Source: Shigella phage vB_SflM_004. Taken from it: a DNA stretch of 64,000 bases. Below the pieces are notes generated by a model. It saw only the letters and a program-made list of their open reading frames with translations, had not been told where the DNA came from and did no database searches. The number at the start of each line of letters is the position of its first letter. Position 1 is the stretch's first letter. The position numbers were made by a program, and so were the translations under genes. Positions 9,596 through 20,297 of this stretch are shown in pieces. The stretch is taken from sequence record MK295205; one strand, given 5' to 3'.

Positions 9596-10668
9596 TAAGG
9601 AACCTCTAAAAATCCACTATTCAAATCATCTACAACAGTATTCAATAAATACGCACCGTTTTGTTGCTCCTGATTAGCATTCTGCTCTTTATCAATTTCC
9701 ATCTTCTTAATCATATACTTCAAAGGTGGTTCTTTAGGAGCTACAAAATCTCTGGGAATGCCAAACATATCATACAGTGGGGCAGCATTATAGTAAACCC
9801 ACTCATGAAGAAGTTTTGTATTTAAACCAACTACAGCACGTCCTTCGGAGAAGATATAATACGACCATTTTTCTTCACTTTCAACTACTTCATCTAAGAT
9901 TACTTTAATCTCTGGAAGAATTTGTTGGAAAGCTTTTTGCCACTCATCATCTCTTAAAGTTTCTTTTAAAACTTCAATATCAATTTTAGTGTGAAGGATT
10001 TCATCAAGCATAATTTTCTGGACAGCTTGAGCAATACCCTGAAATTTATCTTGAGCATCAAGTGCAAAAGTACATGCAAAGGATGCCATAAAGGATATTC
10101 CTTCAAGTGCAGTCACTGCAAATAAACCTTTTAGAATCACTTTATGGAAGTGCAAAGGGTCTTTGTCCAGAAGTGAGTCACGTACATAACCCAGTCGATA
10201 GTTTATACCTTCATCCAGTAATTCTTCAAGAACACGATTTACAGTTTTTAATCGGTCTTGTACAGCAATGTTCTGGTTAATCTCATCTAAGATTGTTTCA
10301 GGGTTTTTAATACATTGCCTTACAATCTCCGAGTAAGTCAGAGCGTGTAGGTTTTCAATCTCAGACTGCTTCATAATTGCAGTTGCATAAATGTCATCAG
10401 AGATGAATGGTGCAAAAGCAAACGCTAAACTCTTAGCAACTTGGGTATCTGCTTCCCACTGCCACTTAAGAATCTCAAGCATTACACCTGACATTGATGC
10501 TGGTACACTCTCAAAATCAAGACGTGATTGTTCAAAAGGAAACTCATCTTCTGACCAGTCTTGTGCTTTTTGTTGTTTATATAGCTCAAAGATTTTTGGG
10601 TAGTGTTTGTTAAGTGAGTCGAATGTCTTTCTCTCACCACCTAAAAAGATTGGGTGTTGGTTAATCAT
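9595..10668 (-). CDS. nrdB: ribonucleotide reductase small subunit NrdB (class Ia)
   Basis: R2 di-iron helices (EIENLHALTYSEI, LDEILHTKID); likely true start MINQHP at 10668, overlapping upstream stop as ATGA; track ORF extends to 10728. Confidence 0.85.
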   Translation of the reverse strand: MINQHPIFLGGERKTFDSLNKHYPKIFELYKQQKAQDWSEDEFPFEQSRLDFESVPASMSGVMLEILKWQWEADTQVAKSLAFAFAPFISDDIYATAIMKQSEIENLHALTYSEIVRQCIKNPETILDEINQNIAVQDRLKTVNRVLEELLDEGINYRLGYVRDSLLDKDPLHFHKVILKGLFAVTALEGISFMASFACTFALDAQDKFQGIAQAVQKIMLDEILHTKIDIEVLKETLRDDEWQKAFQQILPEIKVILDEVVESEEKWSYYIFSEGRAVVGLNTKLLHEWVYYNAAPLYDMFGIPRDFVAPKEPPLKYMIKKMEIDKEQNANQEQQNGAYLLNTVVDDLNSGFLEVP

Positions 10669-10922
10669 AATGTGATTTCTCCTTTCTTTATCATCTCTAA
10701 GGCTTGTTTTCTGTCTAAAACTTCCCAATTTTCTTTATTAAACATGTCATAAGGTCTTGCATAGATTTTACCATCTGCTGTAGAGATGTAAGAGACACCA
10801 GCGACCCATGAATCATCAGCCTGTTTTATCATCATATCTGTGCTACTCACATAGTACAGTGTTTTTCGAGGTTTGTGGAGCAAGTATATAGGTCGCTCGT
10901 GATTTGCTATCAAATCTTTCAT
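10665..10922 (-). CDS. hypothetical protein between nrdA and nrdB
   Basis: internal ATG (MKDLIANH) preceded by GGAGAAACT SD and a hairpin (GAGGGTCGTAAAAGACCCTC); translationally coupled to nrdB. Confidence 0.4.
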   Translation of the reverse strand: MKDLIANHERPIYLLHKPRKTLYYVSSTDMMIKQADDSWVAGVSYISTADGKIYARPYDMFNKENWEVLDRKQALEMIKKGEITL

Positions 10923-10977
10923 AGTTTCTCCAAAGTTAATTTTAGAGGGTCTTTTACGACCCTCATAGTTATTAAAA

Positions 10978-13212
10978 CTAAACACCACAACCCTCGCAAT
11001 AAGCATCTTGCAGTGCAGATTTACCTACACCGATGCGACTGTTAAGGTAGTACATGGTTTTCATACCTACCGAGTTGGCATAAACCATATACTTCAAAGC
11101 TTGAGCCAATGATACCTTCTTAGACTTTGCATAGTCAACATAGAAATCTGAAGAGATAGCTTGACCAGTGAACTTTTGAACAATTGCATAACAATCAATC
11201 AGGTCAAAGGTATCAATATCCCAAGCAATTTCATAGACATACTTCAACTCTTCATAATCTGGAACAATAAACAGTACGTTACCAGTTGCAGACTTTTTAG
11301 TTAAAATAAAGTCACGAATTGGGTACAATCCATTTGTTGTATTAGTCGCCAGTGAAGAACTCTCGTTAGGCATGTAAGCTTCTAATACAGAGTTGCGGAT
11401 GCCACCATTTTCTTTGATACGTTGTGCTAAGTCATCCCAATCATATCTTAGTTTTGCATCATGCTTCTCATCAATCTTCTTGTTAGCTGTCTTCGGAGGA
11501 ACCCAACCTTCAGGATACTTAGTGAACTTCATGTATTCGGGTACACCACGCTCTTTAGCAAGTCTTAGAGAAGCTTCATGCAGATAGTAAGAGTGCATCT
11601 CTGCAAGTTCGTGAAGCTTTGTCTTACCTGCTCTTGAAGAGTAGTTCACATAGTTTTTCGCAAGGTAATGAGCCACATTTGTAAGGCCAATCCCAACAGA
11701 GCGACGCTTCTGAACATGGTTGCGCATCGACGGATACGGATAATCCATAAGGTCAATAACGGAGTCAACCATTGCAAGAGCATAATAAGCAACGTCAGCG
11801 TATTCATCTTCTGAAATTCTCCCTGCAACCAAACTAGCTAGGAAGCAAAGAGCTACCTCACCATCCTCTTTCACAGCATCATCTCTGTAAAGGTCTGTCT
11901 CTTTCTCAAATCCGTACACTGGCAACACAATTTCCATACAAAGATTTGACATCTTCAAAGGCTCTTTAAATGGTGTATGTGTGTTTGCATTATTTGTGAA
12001 GAATGGATACACACGACCTGTTGCATAACGCTGCTGGATAAACAGTTTAGCAATTTCACGAGCCTTGACTCGTCTGTGTTTAACACCAGAATGTACTGCG
12101 TGACCAACTGCCATAGCAAACTCATCAGCAGATGCAGTGTAGAACATATCATAAAGTTTTGGTGCATCCTTGTAAGAGAATAGCAACCAATCTGTATCAT
12201 ACTGAACACACTGCCAGAAATAATCATTTGTACCAAATGAGTAGTCCATCTCGTTAATACGTTTAGAAGGAACCGTTGTAGGGTGCTTCAAACGCAGTAA
12301 ATCTTCAATCTGCGGGTCTAGAGCAGTGTAGAAGTTGTTAGCTGAACCACCACGACTCTTCTGTTTATTTGCCTCTACAGATGAACGTACAAGCTTGTAA
12401 TAAGGCAGTTTACCCATGTGTTCGATAGTGTTTTGACGGATACCATCACCAATAGTCCGAGTCTCCATCAGCATACCGATACCAGCTTGCTTTGTAGTCA
12501 TGTCATAAGCAACCTTTGCAGCAATACCAAGAGATTCAGCAGTATCGTTTGCCTTAATCAAACAGCATGACGCATAACCTGACTTAGTAGCACGTAAGCC
12601 ATTCAGATAAGGCGTAGGTGCGTTAATCTTCAGGTCAGATAGGTAAGTGTACAGCTTAATAACATCTTGCAGTCTACGGTGCTTTGGTTGCTTCTCAAAG
12701 GCTTTCATAGCCATACCCATAAACATAAATTGTGGTGACTCAAAAAGTCTTCCCGTTTTAATATCACGGATACCATATTTATCTCTGAACTGTTTCAACA
12801 CTGCATAGCCGTAAGAGATATCTTTTGAGTGCACAATGTACCCTTGCAGATATTCAAGCTCTTCCTGAGAATAGTCCATCTTCTCCCAAAGTCCTGCTCT
12901 CTCCATATTTTTAACGAAGGTAACCAGTGTAGGAACCTTAGTAAAGCCCCCAAAGGCTTCTTTGTAGATAATCCCCAGAAGTAGCCGCCCAGCCATGTCT
13001 GAGTACTCTTGAGTTTGCTTATCAACACAAACATCAATCATGGCTTGGTGCATCTCTTTTGTAGTGCAACCCTCATAGACACGCTTCATGGCTTCCATAG
13101 TGACTTCTGACCAGATGATTCCACGCTTATCTGCCCATGATGCCCACTTATTCAATCTTTCTGGGTCAAAGCTTACTACTGTACCGTTTGATTTTTTAAT
13201 TGTCTTAATCAT
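10978..13212 (-). CDS. nrdA: ribonucleotide reductase large subunit NrdA (class Ia)
   Basis: 744 aa; active-site NLCMEIVLP, C-terminal CEGCGV tail. Confidence 0.85.
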   Translation of the reverse strand: MIKTIKKSNGTVVSFDPERLNKWASWADKRGIIWSEVTMEAMKRVYEGCTTKEMHQAMIDVCVDKQTQEYSDMAGRLLLGIIYKEAFGGFTKVPTLVTFVKNMERAGLWEKMDYSQEELEYLQGYIVHSKDISYGYAVLKQFRDKYGIRDIKTGRLFESPQFMFMGMAMKAFEKQPKHRRLQDVIKLYTYLSDLKINAPTPYLNGLRATKSGYASCCLIKANDTAESLGIAAKVAYDMTTKQAGIGMLMETRTIGDGIRQNTIEHMGKLPYYKLVRSSVEANKQKSRGGSANNFYTALDPQIEDLLRLKHPTTVPSKRINEMDYSFGTNDYFWQCVQYDTDWLLFSYKDAPKLYDMFYTASADEFAMAVGHAVHSGVKHRRVKAREIAKLFIQQRYATGRVYPFFTNNANTHTPFKEPLKMSNLCMEIVLPVYGFEKETDLYRDDAVKEDGEVALCFLASLVAGRISEDEYADVAYYALAMVDSVIDLMDYPYPSMRNHVQKRRSVGIGLTNVAHYLAKNYVNYSSRAGKTKLHELAEMHSYYLHEASLRLAKERGVPEYMKFTKYPEGWVPPKTANKKIDEKHDAKLRYDWDDLAQRIKENGGIRNSVLEAYMPNESSSLATNTTNGLYPIRDFILTKKSATGNVLFIVPDYEELKYVYEIAWDIDTFDLIDCYAIVQKFTGQAISSDFYVDYAKSKKVSLAQALKYMVYANSVGMKTMYYLNSRIGVGKSALQDAYCEGCGV

Positions 13213-13230
13213 TTTTGAATCCTACAGATG

Positions 13231-13253
13231 AAAAGAGCCTCCGAAGAGGCTCC
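13231..13253 (-). terminator. rho-independent terminator
   Basis: hairpin GAGCCTC-TTCG-GAGGCTC followed by T-run on minus strand. Confidence 0.55.
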
Positions 13254-13258
13254 CTAGT

Positions 13259-13597
13259 TTAAATCTTGAAAATTTGCTCGTTCTGCCACATATCGTAAAA
13301 CTTATCACTTACCTTTGTGACTGAAGAAGTGTGCATACAATTCAGGGAGAACCATGATGATGTATTATCATCCATAAGTGTTTCAAGTTTTTGTGTGATA
13401 TTCACATCCATGTCTGCAACAACGTAATTACCTCGCATCTTGCAAACAATTCTTCCAAACAAGATTGCACTTCTGCCTCTTCGGTCGTCACAGTACATGA
13501 CTGTGTCCCCGTGCTTAACGTCTTGTCCGATACTATCAACACCTAATTTAGCACCTGAGATAATGTCATCATAAGATAGCTTTTTTGCTTTAGACAT
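13259..13597 (-). CDS. hypothetical protein
   Basis: 112-aa ORF. Confidence 0.45.
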   Translation of the reverse strand: MSKAKKLSYDDIISGAKLGVDSIGQDVKHGDTVMYCDDRRGRSAILFGRIVCKMRGNYVVADMDVNITQKLETLMDDNTSSWFSLNCMHTSSVTKVSDKFYDMWQNEQIFKI

Positions 13598-13922
13598 GGT
13601 ATTTCTCCAAGTTTCTTTTTAGATATAACCAACCATAGTCAGTTCTTTCTACACCCATGAAGAGTGGAGCCATTACAACTTTACCAAAAGTATTCCTGTG
13701 TTGACAGATTTCAAAAGAATACTCTTTCTCAATATCAATCCCGTATTTGTACAGAACTGCTTTTAAAACTTGTTCATTATCCAGAAGTGTATCTGGAGTC
13801 TCACCATACTTCTCAAGTAACGGGTCATTCATAAACACCGTCATAGAGATATTGTAGTTTGAGAAGTGGCTCTTCTGAGCCACACCTTCTTTATTAATGT
13901 TCTGTGAATCCATTATAACCAA
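13590..13922 (-). CDS. hypothetical protein
   Basis: 110-aa ORF. Confidence 0.45.
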   Translation of the reverse strand: MVIMDSQNINKEGVAQKSHFSNYNISMTVFMNDPLLEKYGETPDTLLDNEQVLKAVLYKYGIDIEKEYSFEICQHRNTFGKVVMAPLFMGVERTDYGWLYLKRNLEKYHV

Positions 13923-14649
13923 CCCCTTTTAACCAGCACTTCAGGTTATTAGCATCATAATTCAGTTTTGGGTATGAGGTTACATGGAACTGCTCACCAT
14001 CATAGTAGACAATATCTGCAATCCATAGTCCATTCTCTTTACAGAAATCTTTATCTGCTTTAGAGGTAATTGGATTAACTTCTACAAAACCATCTACACC
14101 CAAATCCTTTAAGCTACATACAATACCTTTGCAGATAACGCATGTCTCAGATACTACCACAAAAAGTTCTTGGCTTTCAAGTTCTACAATGTATTCACCA
14201 AGCTGAACTTTAGGGAGATTAGATTGCTTCATAATCTTCCCATCGGCTGCACGAACAATTGCATACCATTCTTTGCCATCAACTACTGACATTCTGATGA
14301 TACACTCTTGACCAGTACGCTTCTCAATATCTGCAAGACGTTTTAAAGCTTCTTCATAGTCGTCTGTGTACTTCAGGTCATTATTATGGCAAACAGCTTC
14401 CATAGCACCATTATGGTCATGTTGTGACAGGTAAATCAAACCGTCAAGAACATATTGCAAATCTGCCTGAGCATCCAGTGCCTCAATGGGGTCTTTCTCT
14501 TCAATTGCTTTTACAAGCTCTTTTGCTTCTTCAAGCATACACAGGGACTGGGATTTCAAAGATTCCCAATACTCATCACTGTAAGGTTGCTTTTGGGTGT
14601 TTCCGCAACGAAGATTCCAGTTTTTTACTGATTCTCTTGAGTTAAACAT
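13894..14649 (-). CDS. putative nucleotide pyrophosphohydrolase (MazG-like N-terminal domain)
   Basis: EEAKELVKAIEE...DAQADLQYVLDGL resembles MazG EExxE...D motifs; C-terminal half unassigned. Confidence 0.4.
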   Translation of the reverse strand: MFNSRESVKNWNLRCGNTQKQPYSDEYWESLKSQSLCMLEEAKELVKAIEEKDPIEALDAQADLQYVLDGLIYLSQHDHNGAMEAVCHNNDLKYTDDYEEALKRLADIEKRTGQECIIRMSVVDGKEWYAIVRAADGKIMKQSNLPKVQLGEYIVELESQELFVVVSETCVICKGIVCSLKDLGVDGFVEVNPITSKADKDFCKENGLWIADIVYYDGEQFHVTSYPKLNYDANNLKCWLKGVGYNGFTEH

Positions 14650-14887
14650 TCGGACTCCTTAAAAATCTGTTAACTTTTAGCTCTCGTGTTTCAATATATT
14701 CCAGATGCTCACGTAACTCTTGACGTTTAAGCATTAGGTGCTGCATTTGAGATTCAACAGCTTCAACCTCTTTAATTATTGACTCTCTGGCATTTGCAAG
14801 AATGCGCTCAAGTTCTTCAATCTTGCTGTCAACTTTTGCTACATGACTCACAGCTTTACTTTTGTTAAACATTTTATTCTCTCTCAA
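14642..14887 (-). CDS. hypothetical coiled-coil protein
   Basis: 81 aa, heptad-like charged sequence. Confidence 0.4.
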   Translation of the reverse strand: MRENKMFNKSKAVSHVAKVDSKIEELERILANARESIIKEVEAVESQMQHLMLKRQELREHLEYIETRELKVNRFLRSPNV

Positions 14888-14893
14888 TAGTTA

Positions 14894-15391
14894 TCAAGCA
14901 CAGTTTGCTTTCATTACCTTATGGATTCTTTTTTCAGCATCTTCATAAGTTTCTTTAGTAATAAACTTAATTGCTGCAATATTGGCATTGTAGAAGAGTC
15001 TGAGCTTAGAGTCAATCCTTTTTGTCATTACATCGAATTTATGTTGAAGGTTTGCTTCACCATAAACTAGACCACCTTTTGTGTAGTAGGTTTGAATAAT
15101 GTAAAAGTCAAAAAACTCTTTTCCAAAACTCTCAATATCTTTTTTAATATACTCAGAAGAAGTCTCATAAGTCATCCAATCACTTTCCTTAGTGACTACC
15201 TTCTTCCGAGTCTTACCAGCAACTTTTCTTTTGGTCACACTATTAAGCTGTTTCTTTCCAATATAGTATTGTCCGGTTTTCTTACAGTGTACTAAATAGA
15301 CAAAACCAAAATGTTTAGTGGGGTCAACTTCCCCACATAAAGATACCCAATGACCATAGGTGGGACAATTGCCAAATCCTTTAATCTTCAT
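14894..15391 (-). CDS. putative GIY-YIG-like nuclease
   Basis: FGFVYLVHCKKTGQYYIGKK resembles GIY...YIG motif; weak. Confidence 0.35.
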   Translation of the reverse strand: MKIKGFGNCPTYGHWVSLCGEVDPTKHFGFVYLVHCKKTGQYYIGKKQLNSVTKRKVAGKTRKKVVTKESDWMTYETSSEYIKKDIESFGKEFFDFYIIQTYYTKGGLVYGEANLQHKFDVMTKRIDSKLRLFYNANIAAIKFITKETYEDAEKRIHKVMKANCA

Positions 15392-15887
15392 TCATACACG
15401 GCTCCTGATTTGTGAACTCTCTGTGAAGTTCTTCTCTTTTCTTTCTAATTGCTTCTTTGGCATCATCAACGTTATCAAACAGACCAAGGAAATGTGTTAC
15501 ACCGTGAACCATAATCCTTGCTCTCCACTTCTGTGAAGCTTTGTTGAATGATACACCTTTTACACCAGATGTATTGTTGGAGTGTATTTTTCTATTCCAA
15601 CAATTTTCAGCTTGAGTGCAAACTCTCAAGTTCATTCTTCGGTTGTCATCAGTAATTCCGTTACGATGGTCTACACGGTCTGGTAAGAACCCCTCTGTGT
15701 AAAGAATGGCTAAATCATGAGCCATGTATGATTTTCTCTTTATGGTAATCCTGATATAACCCCTTTTATGGGGTGTTCCAGCAACTGAACCAATGACTGT
15801 CCTATTAGCCGATTTCTTCAACCAAGTAAAGACCCCTGTTTCGGGGTCATAATGAAGATACTCTTTAAGTGTCTGCTGAGTCAACAT
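15381..15887 (-). CDS. HNH homing endonuclease with AP2 domain (second copy)
   Basis: MAHDLAILYTEGFLPDRVDHRNGITDDNRRMNLRV (HNH) plus TSGVKGVSFNKASQKWRARI (AP2-like); paralogous to 2467-2958. Confidence 0.7.
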   Translation of the reverse strand: MLTQQTLKEYLHYDPETGVFTWLKKSANRTVIGSVAGTPHKRGYIRITIKRKSYMAHDLAILYTEGFLPDRVDHRNGITDDNRRMNLRVCTQAENCWNRKIHSNNTSGVKGVSFNKASQKWRARIMVHGVTHFLGLFDNVDDAKEAIRKKREELHREFTNQEPCMNED

Positions 15888-16911
15888 TTGGAGTCCAATT
15901 ATATTTCTTAAAAGAGAAATTATCTTTTGGATTTCTCTCTTGATATGCTATCCAGAAATGCTGTTCCATTAGTTCTAATGGTGTCTTTGTGACAGTCTGT
16001 CCATCCCATGACACATAGGTGTAAGACTCTTTTTTAGCATAGAGTTCATAGATAGCGTCAAGACACTCTTTATAGGTCTCTTTACCATCTAAAGCATTCA
16101 TCACAGCTACTTTGCCAGCACCTTTAAGGCCGAAGTAGTTGTCTGCATTATCTCCAGCAACAGCCTGATAACACAAAAATTTAAAACCTACACCAACAGT
16201 TTTTGCAGCTTTTGGTTTTGATTTGATAGGACAATCCCAGATATCACCAACATTATTATCAGCAATAAAAATTAGTGGTGACTTTTCATAAGTCATATCA
16301 ATACAATAAGTCCCTTCAGCTTGTCGAAGGTCTTTGTCAATACTCATAAGAGCAGCCTTCTTACCCATCTTTTCAGCTTTAGCAATTACGATGGAATCGG
16401 CTTCGAAGCCTCCCTTTAAGAGCTTGAACTCTGGTCTTGATAGAAGATATTCACGACAAGCAACTAAGTGTGTTGGTGTGACAGCCTCTTTACGGTTACC
16501 TTGATATTGGTGCTCAAGACCTTTAATGTCTTTATGTTTATGTACACCCTTCTCTGTTAAATAACCTACCCAAGTTCTTTCTTTACCAACAACCTTAAGC
16601 CATTCCTGAAGAACCTGCTGAGTAGCCATGATAGCTTCTTTTTCACTCTTAGCTTCTTTCCAAGTCTGTCTTTCCCATTCATCTTCATCAAATGTCAGGC
16701 CAAGTTCTTCCACAAGGATTCTCTGGTCTGCTAACCATCTTGCAGCATCTTTTGCATTATCAAATGGTTCAGATTCTTCTGCTGTGAGTTTATTGACATA
16801 TTTATATTTTGCTTTCTCAACTACACAAGCACCTTTATAGGCAATACTGTCAGAGTCAATAAAGACATGTGTAACTGAATCGGGAAGTTTTTTTAATGTG
16901 TACTTCTCCAT
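15865..16911 (-). CDS. 5'-3' exonuclease (T7 gp6-like, FEN family)
   Basis: colinear similarity to T7 gene 6 protein: FIDSDSIAYKGA, YQGNRK, SIDKDLRQ, AGDNADNYFGLKGAGK. Confidence 0.6.
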   Translation of the reverse strand: MEKYTLKKLPDSVTHVFIDSDSIAYKGACVVEKAKYKYVNKLTAEESEPFDNAKDAARWLADQRILVEELGLTFDEDEWERQTWKEAKSEKEAIMATQQVLQEWLKVVGKERTWVGYLTEKGVHKHKDIKGLEHQYQGNRKEAVTPTHLVACREYLLSRPEFKLLKGGFEADSIVIAKAEKMGKKAALMSIDKDLRQAEGTYCIDMTYEKSPLIFIADNNVGDIWDCPIKSKPKAAKTVGVGFKFLCYQAVAGDNADNYFGLKGAGKVAVMNALDGKETYKECLDAIYELYAKKESYTYVSWDGQTVTKTPLELMEQHFWIAYQERNPKDNFSFKKYNWTPNVDSADT

Positions 16912-16973
16912 TGTGACTCTCCATATGAAAAAGCCCCATACTAAGTACAGGGCTTTAAAGTAACTTTTAGATA

Positions 16974-17831
16974 TTAGTCTTCTGTATCGAAGTCTTCATC
17001 TTCTTCGTCATCTGGGTCTGGCAAGTCTTCATCGTCACCATCATCAGAATTATTCGAAGGTTTGTGGTCTGTTGCGTCTTCTTCAGTGATTTCACCGTTA
17101 TCTTCAACGCCGTCAAGACCAAGCATAGCCAGTTCGTCTTCATCCAGTTCAGGTTCACCGTTAGCACCATTACCGTCAGTGTAAGGCACAAGAGTATCAA
17201 TGATAAACTGTTCCTGAATAGGTTTTGTCAGGACATTGTTCTCAAAAGTGTAGAAGTGAGTAGAAAGAATCACACTACCAAAAGAACCGTTACCAACTGC
17301 AATATCTGGATGAATTACATCATAGTTTTTGTCATCTTCATGTTTGTCAGATGCTTGAGCTTTGATTTTCTTCATCGGTTGTTTAACAGCTACACGCTTA
17401 CCATTTACTTCTTCAATCAGCATTACAGGGAATGACTGTTTAGCTGTCCACACAGCACCATCTTTATAAGCTGCTGCACGACTTACTTTCAAGATGTAGT
17501 AAGTGTCTGCTTCAAATGGTGGTTTGCAACCAAACTTCTCTTCGAAGTCATCTGCATCAACTGCTTCAGTAGTAACTTTATCCCAACCTTCTGGGTTTTT
17601 CTTAGACTTAGTAAACTCTTTAAACAGCTTGTTACCATCTTCTGCCAGAATTGAAACACTGTAGTTACAGTCTTTGCCTGGGAATTTCTTATCAATGGAT
17701 TTACCTTTTCCCGGACGTGGTGAAGTGTTCAGGTAATAAAACCAGACATCTTTCAGAAGGTAACGCAGAGTTTGACGTTCAGTACCGTTGTACTTCTCTA
17801 CCGGAGCTTTCATTTTAACAACTTTAGACAT
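16974..17831 (-). CDS. putative single-stranded DNA-binding protein
   Basis: 285 aa with strongly acidic C-terminal tail (DDGDDEDLPDPDDEEDEDFDTED), position in replication module. Confidence 0.5.
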   Translation of the reverse strand: MSKVVKMKAPVEKYNGTERQTLRYLLKDVWFYYLNTSPRPGKGKSIDKKFPGKDCNYSVSILAEDGNKLFKEFTKSKKNPEGWDKVTTEAVDADDFEEKFGCKPPFEADTYYILKVSRAAAYKDGAVWTAKQSFPVMLIEEVNGKRVAVKQPMKKIKAQASDKHEDDKNYDVIHPDIAVGNGSFGSVILSTHFYTFENNVLTKPIQEQFIIDTLVPYTDGNGANGEPELDEDELAMLGLDGVEDNGEITEEDATDHKPSNNSDDGDDEDLPDPDDEEDEDFDTED

Positions 17832-18049
17832 TATTTAAACCTCTATCTCAATTTATGAAGAGTACCAATTCTAATTTGTTGATACTCTATTGTCAAACAT
17901 TAATTACTGGAAGTTGTGCTTATCTTTAGAAGCTGCTTTACGTGCAGTTTTTCCAGTTCTTACACGCTTCTCTTCATAGTATTTTGCTGGTTTACCAGCA
18001 GTGGCTTTTAAGGAATCCCCAAAAACTTGTTCAAATGCTTTAGAGTGTT

Positions 18050-18343
18050 TCATGATATTCTCCGATATACTTGATATTCAAACACATTTTCTTTAATTAT
18101 AAACAGCCAACCAATATTATGTTTAGGTATAGTAATGGTGACTGTGATTATGCTGTGATGGAACTTTTCCTCTACCTCAACGCCTCCATCACATTTCATG
18201 TAGAGCATTCTATAGAACCTATCAACCTTTGTCAAACACTCTTCCTGAAATTCATTTAAACTTTTTTCTTCAAAGAAGGGTATGAAACCCTCTCTTTTGT
18301 AACTATCACTCAGTTTCAAACGGGCAGTCATCTGCATCCTCAC
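18050..18343 (-). CDS. hypothetical protein
   Basis: 97-aa ORF; a further ~50-aa basic ORF (about 17893-18050) lies just downstream. Confidence 0.3.
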   Translation of the reverse strand: MRMQMTARLKLSDSYKREGFIPFFEEKSLNEFQEECLTKVDRFYRMLYMKCDGGVEVEEKFHHSIITVTITIPKHNIGWLFIIKENVFEYQVYRRIS

Positions 18344-20297
18344 TTAATACAGGTGGAATCGTTGAGCTTTGACGCTGTTCTTCAGTATAGACTTCACCAG
18401 TCTCACGGTCAAACACTTCATCCTCATAATGAGGTAAAGAGTCGTCATAATGGTCTTCAGCTTCACCAATACCAAACTGTTGACGAATATTTTCTGCTGC
18501 ACCATCAATGTCAACACCACATCCAGAAGCTTTGATAAGACGTCCTGTGTCTGGATTGTACCAAGTATGACCAGCAATACCTGTTGACTTACCATGACGA
18601 CGACACTTAGTTAACTTGATTTTTGTCAAGTTTTTCTTAACAGGGTCTGGGTCAACCTTATTACGCATTAACAGAATGTTGTTCATGGAAATCTGGAAAT
18701 ACGCACCAGAACCCTTAATATCTTCTTCAGAGATATCTCCACCTTCAGAGTTAGCTTTCTGACCACCTGCACTCTTACGAACGTGACAGACGTTTACCTG
18801 TGCATACTGGTAGCGTTTGCAACGACGCAATAGTTCAGACAAGACTTCCTCTTCATCCGTATCAGAACGTGACAGAGCCAATGTAATAGGGTCAAGAATA
18901 ATAATCTTACAGTCTAAACTGTTAACAAGATAGTCAACAAACTCCAGCAGGTTATCTTGGTCAATCGCCCCTTGATGGTCAACGATATGGATGCGACGAC
19001 CTTTTGAAAGCTCGGCGTGTGCTCCCTTTAATTCATCCCAATCTCGTTCATCATAAGGAATCTCAGAAATCTGCTTGCTCAGGTGGATTGCACAGAGCAT
19101 CTCCATCAACTCTTCATAGGTATCTTCTACAGGAATTACACCGATATTATAATCAGTTTCTTTCCAAGCTGAATAAATCATCTCACGAGTGTAAGCTGAC
19201 TTACCTACTGAAGATGGTGCTGCAATAGTCGTAATCTCACCTAAACCGTAACCACCGTAAGTTAGCCTGTTCAAGTCTCCGAAAGATTCTGGAAAAGGAA
19301 TCAATGGAATCTGACCACGATTCTTCATTGCCTCGAAACCATCTGCAAAGTTCTTGATACCAGCAGGGCAATAACGAGGTGCGTTGTAGATACGCTGCTT
19401 AAATCCTTCCAGAACTGTATCTTTCTCTTTATAGAACTTTGTCCACCATTCATTAAGGTCTTTTACACCTTCTGGATACTGGAATAAACGAACCTTCTCA
19501 ATAGGTAGGATGCCAGCAGCCTCTTTTGTTGCTTTAGCACCTGCTTCATCGTTATCAAAGCACAAGTAAATCTCATCAAATGATGTAATGTACTGATAGT
19601 TGTCTTTGATAGACTTAATGTTTGCACCTGATGGAACAGATACGTGACAGTAGTTCTTACGACGAGACTTGTCTTTAATTGCCAGAGAAGTCATGTAGAT
19701 TGCTGTAGCACACTCCATCTCACCTTCCCAGATGAATAGACGGTTGCCACCTTCTGGAGCAATCCATGAACCGAACATTGCCAGTTCACCTTTAATGTCT
19801 CCAACACCACCTGAAAAGTCTTTTAACTTACCACGTAGGTGTTCTTTTGGATGGTCTTCTGGGTAACGGTGACGAACACGGTAGCCAACATGTTCTAGCT
19901 TGCCATCTTCATTACGCTTGTAAGTCGGATAGAAATGTGCATCAATTTCACCATCACTGTCAATGTCAACCTTGATACCTAAGCGTTCAAGAACTTTTGC
20001 AGGAATCTTCCTGTCTTTCAAGTCCATTGCTTCAAGGTTTTCTTTTACATCGTCTAAATCCATTCCACGGAAAGTACGGTTTTTATTATCTGAACCAGTA
20101 GAATAAGTGCTCACAATCTGTCCTTTATCAAAATCCCACTCTGGGAAACCTTTATTACAACTAAAGCAAGTCATCGAATAAGAATCATCGTCGTGATGGT
20201 AGATTGAACCAGCATCTGATGAACCACAACGTGGACATGCACAATGACCAACAAACTGACCAGCCTCTTTCAATTTACGACCTTTAGACATTAGCAC
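18306..20297 (-). CDS. DNA primase-helicase (T7 gp4-like)
   Basis: N-terminal Zn-ribbon CPRCGSSD...CFSCNKG, TOPRIM-like centre, Walker A GLGEITTIAAPSSVGKSAYT. Confidence 0.85.
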   Translation of the reverse strand: MLMSKGRKLKEAGQFVGHCACPRCGSSDAGSIYHHDDDSYSMTCFSCNKGFPEWDFDKGQIVSTYSTGSDNKNRTFRGMDLDDVKENLEAMDLKDRKIPAKVLERLGIKVDIDSDGEIDAHFYPTYKRNEDGKLEHVGYRVRHRYPEDHPKEHLRGKLKDFSGGVGDIKGELAMFGSWIAPEGGNRLFIWEGEMECATAIYMTSLAIKDKSRRKNYCHVSVPSGANIKSIKDNYQYITSFDEIYLCFDNDEAGAKATKEAAGILPIEKVRLFQYPEGVKDLNEWWTKFYKEKDTVLEGFKQRIYNAPRYCPAGIKNFADGFEAMKNRGQIPLIPFPESFGDLNRLTYGGYGLGEITTIAAPSSVGKSAYTREMIYSAWKETDYNIGVIPVEDTYEELMEMLCAIHLSKQISEIPYDERDWDELKGAHAELSKGRRIHIVDHQGAIDQDNLLEFVDYLVNSLDCKIIILDPITLALSRSDTDEEEVLSELLRRCKRYQYAQVNVCHVRKSAGGQKANSEGGDISEEDIKGSGAYFQISMNNILLMRNKVDPDPVKKNLTKIKLTKCRRHGKSTGIAGHTWYNPDTGRLIKASGCGVDIDGAAENIRQQFGIGEAEDHYDDSLPHYEDEVFDRETGEVYTEEQRQSSTIPPVLSEDADDCPFETE

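Noticed and set aside
16967-17695. Overlapping ORFs inside the SSB gene (16967-17200, 17064-17435, 17489-17695)
   Set aside because: Alternative-frame or antisense reads of the acidic-tail SSB gene; low-complexity translation.
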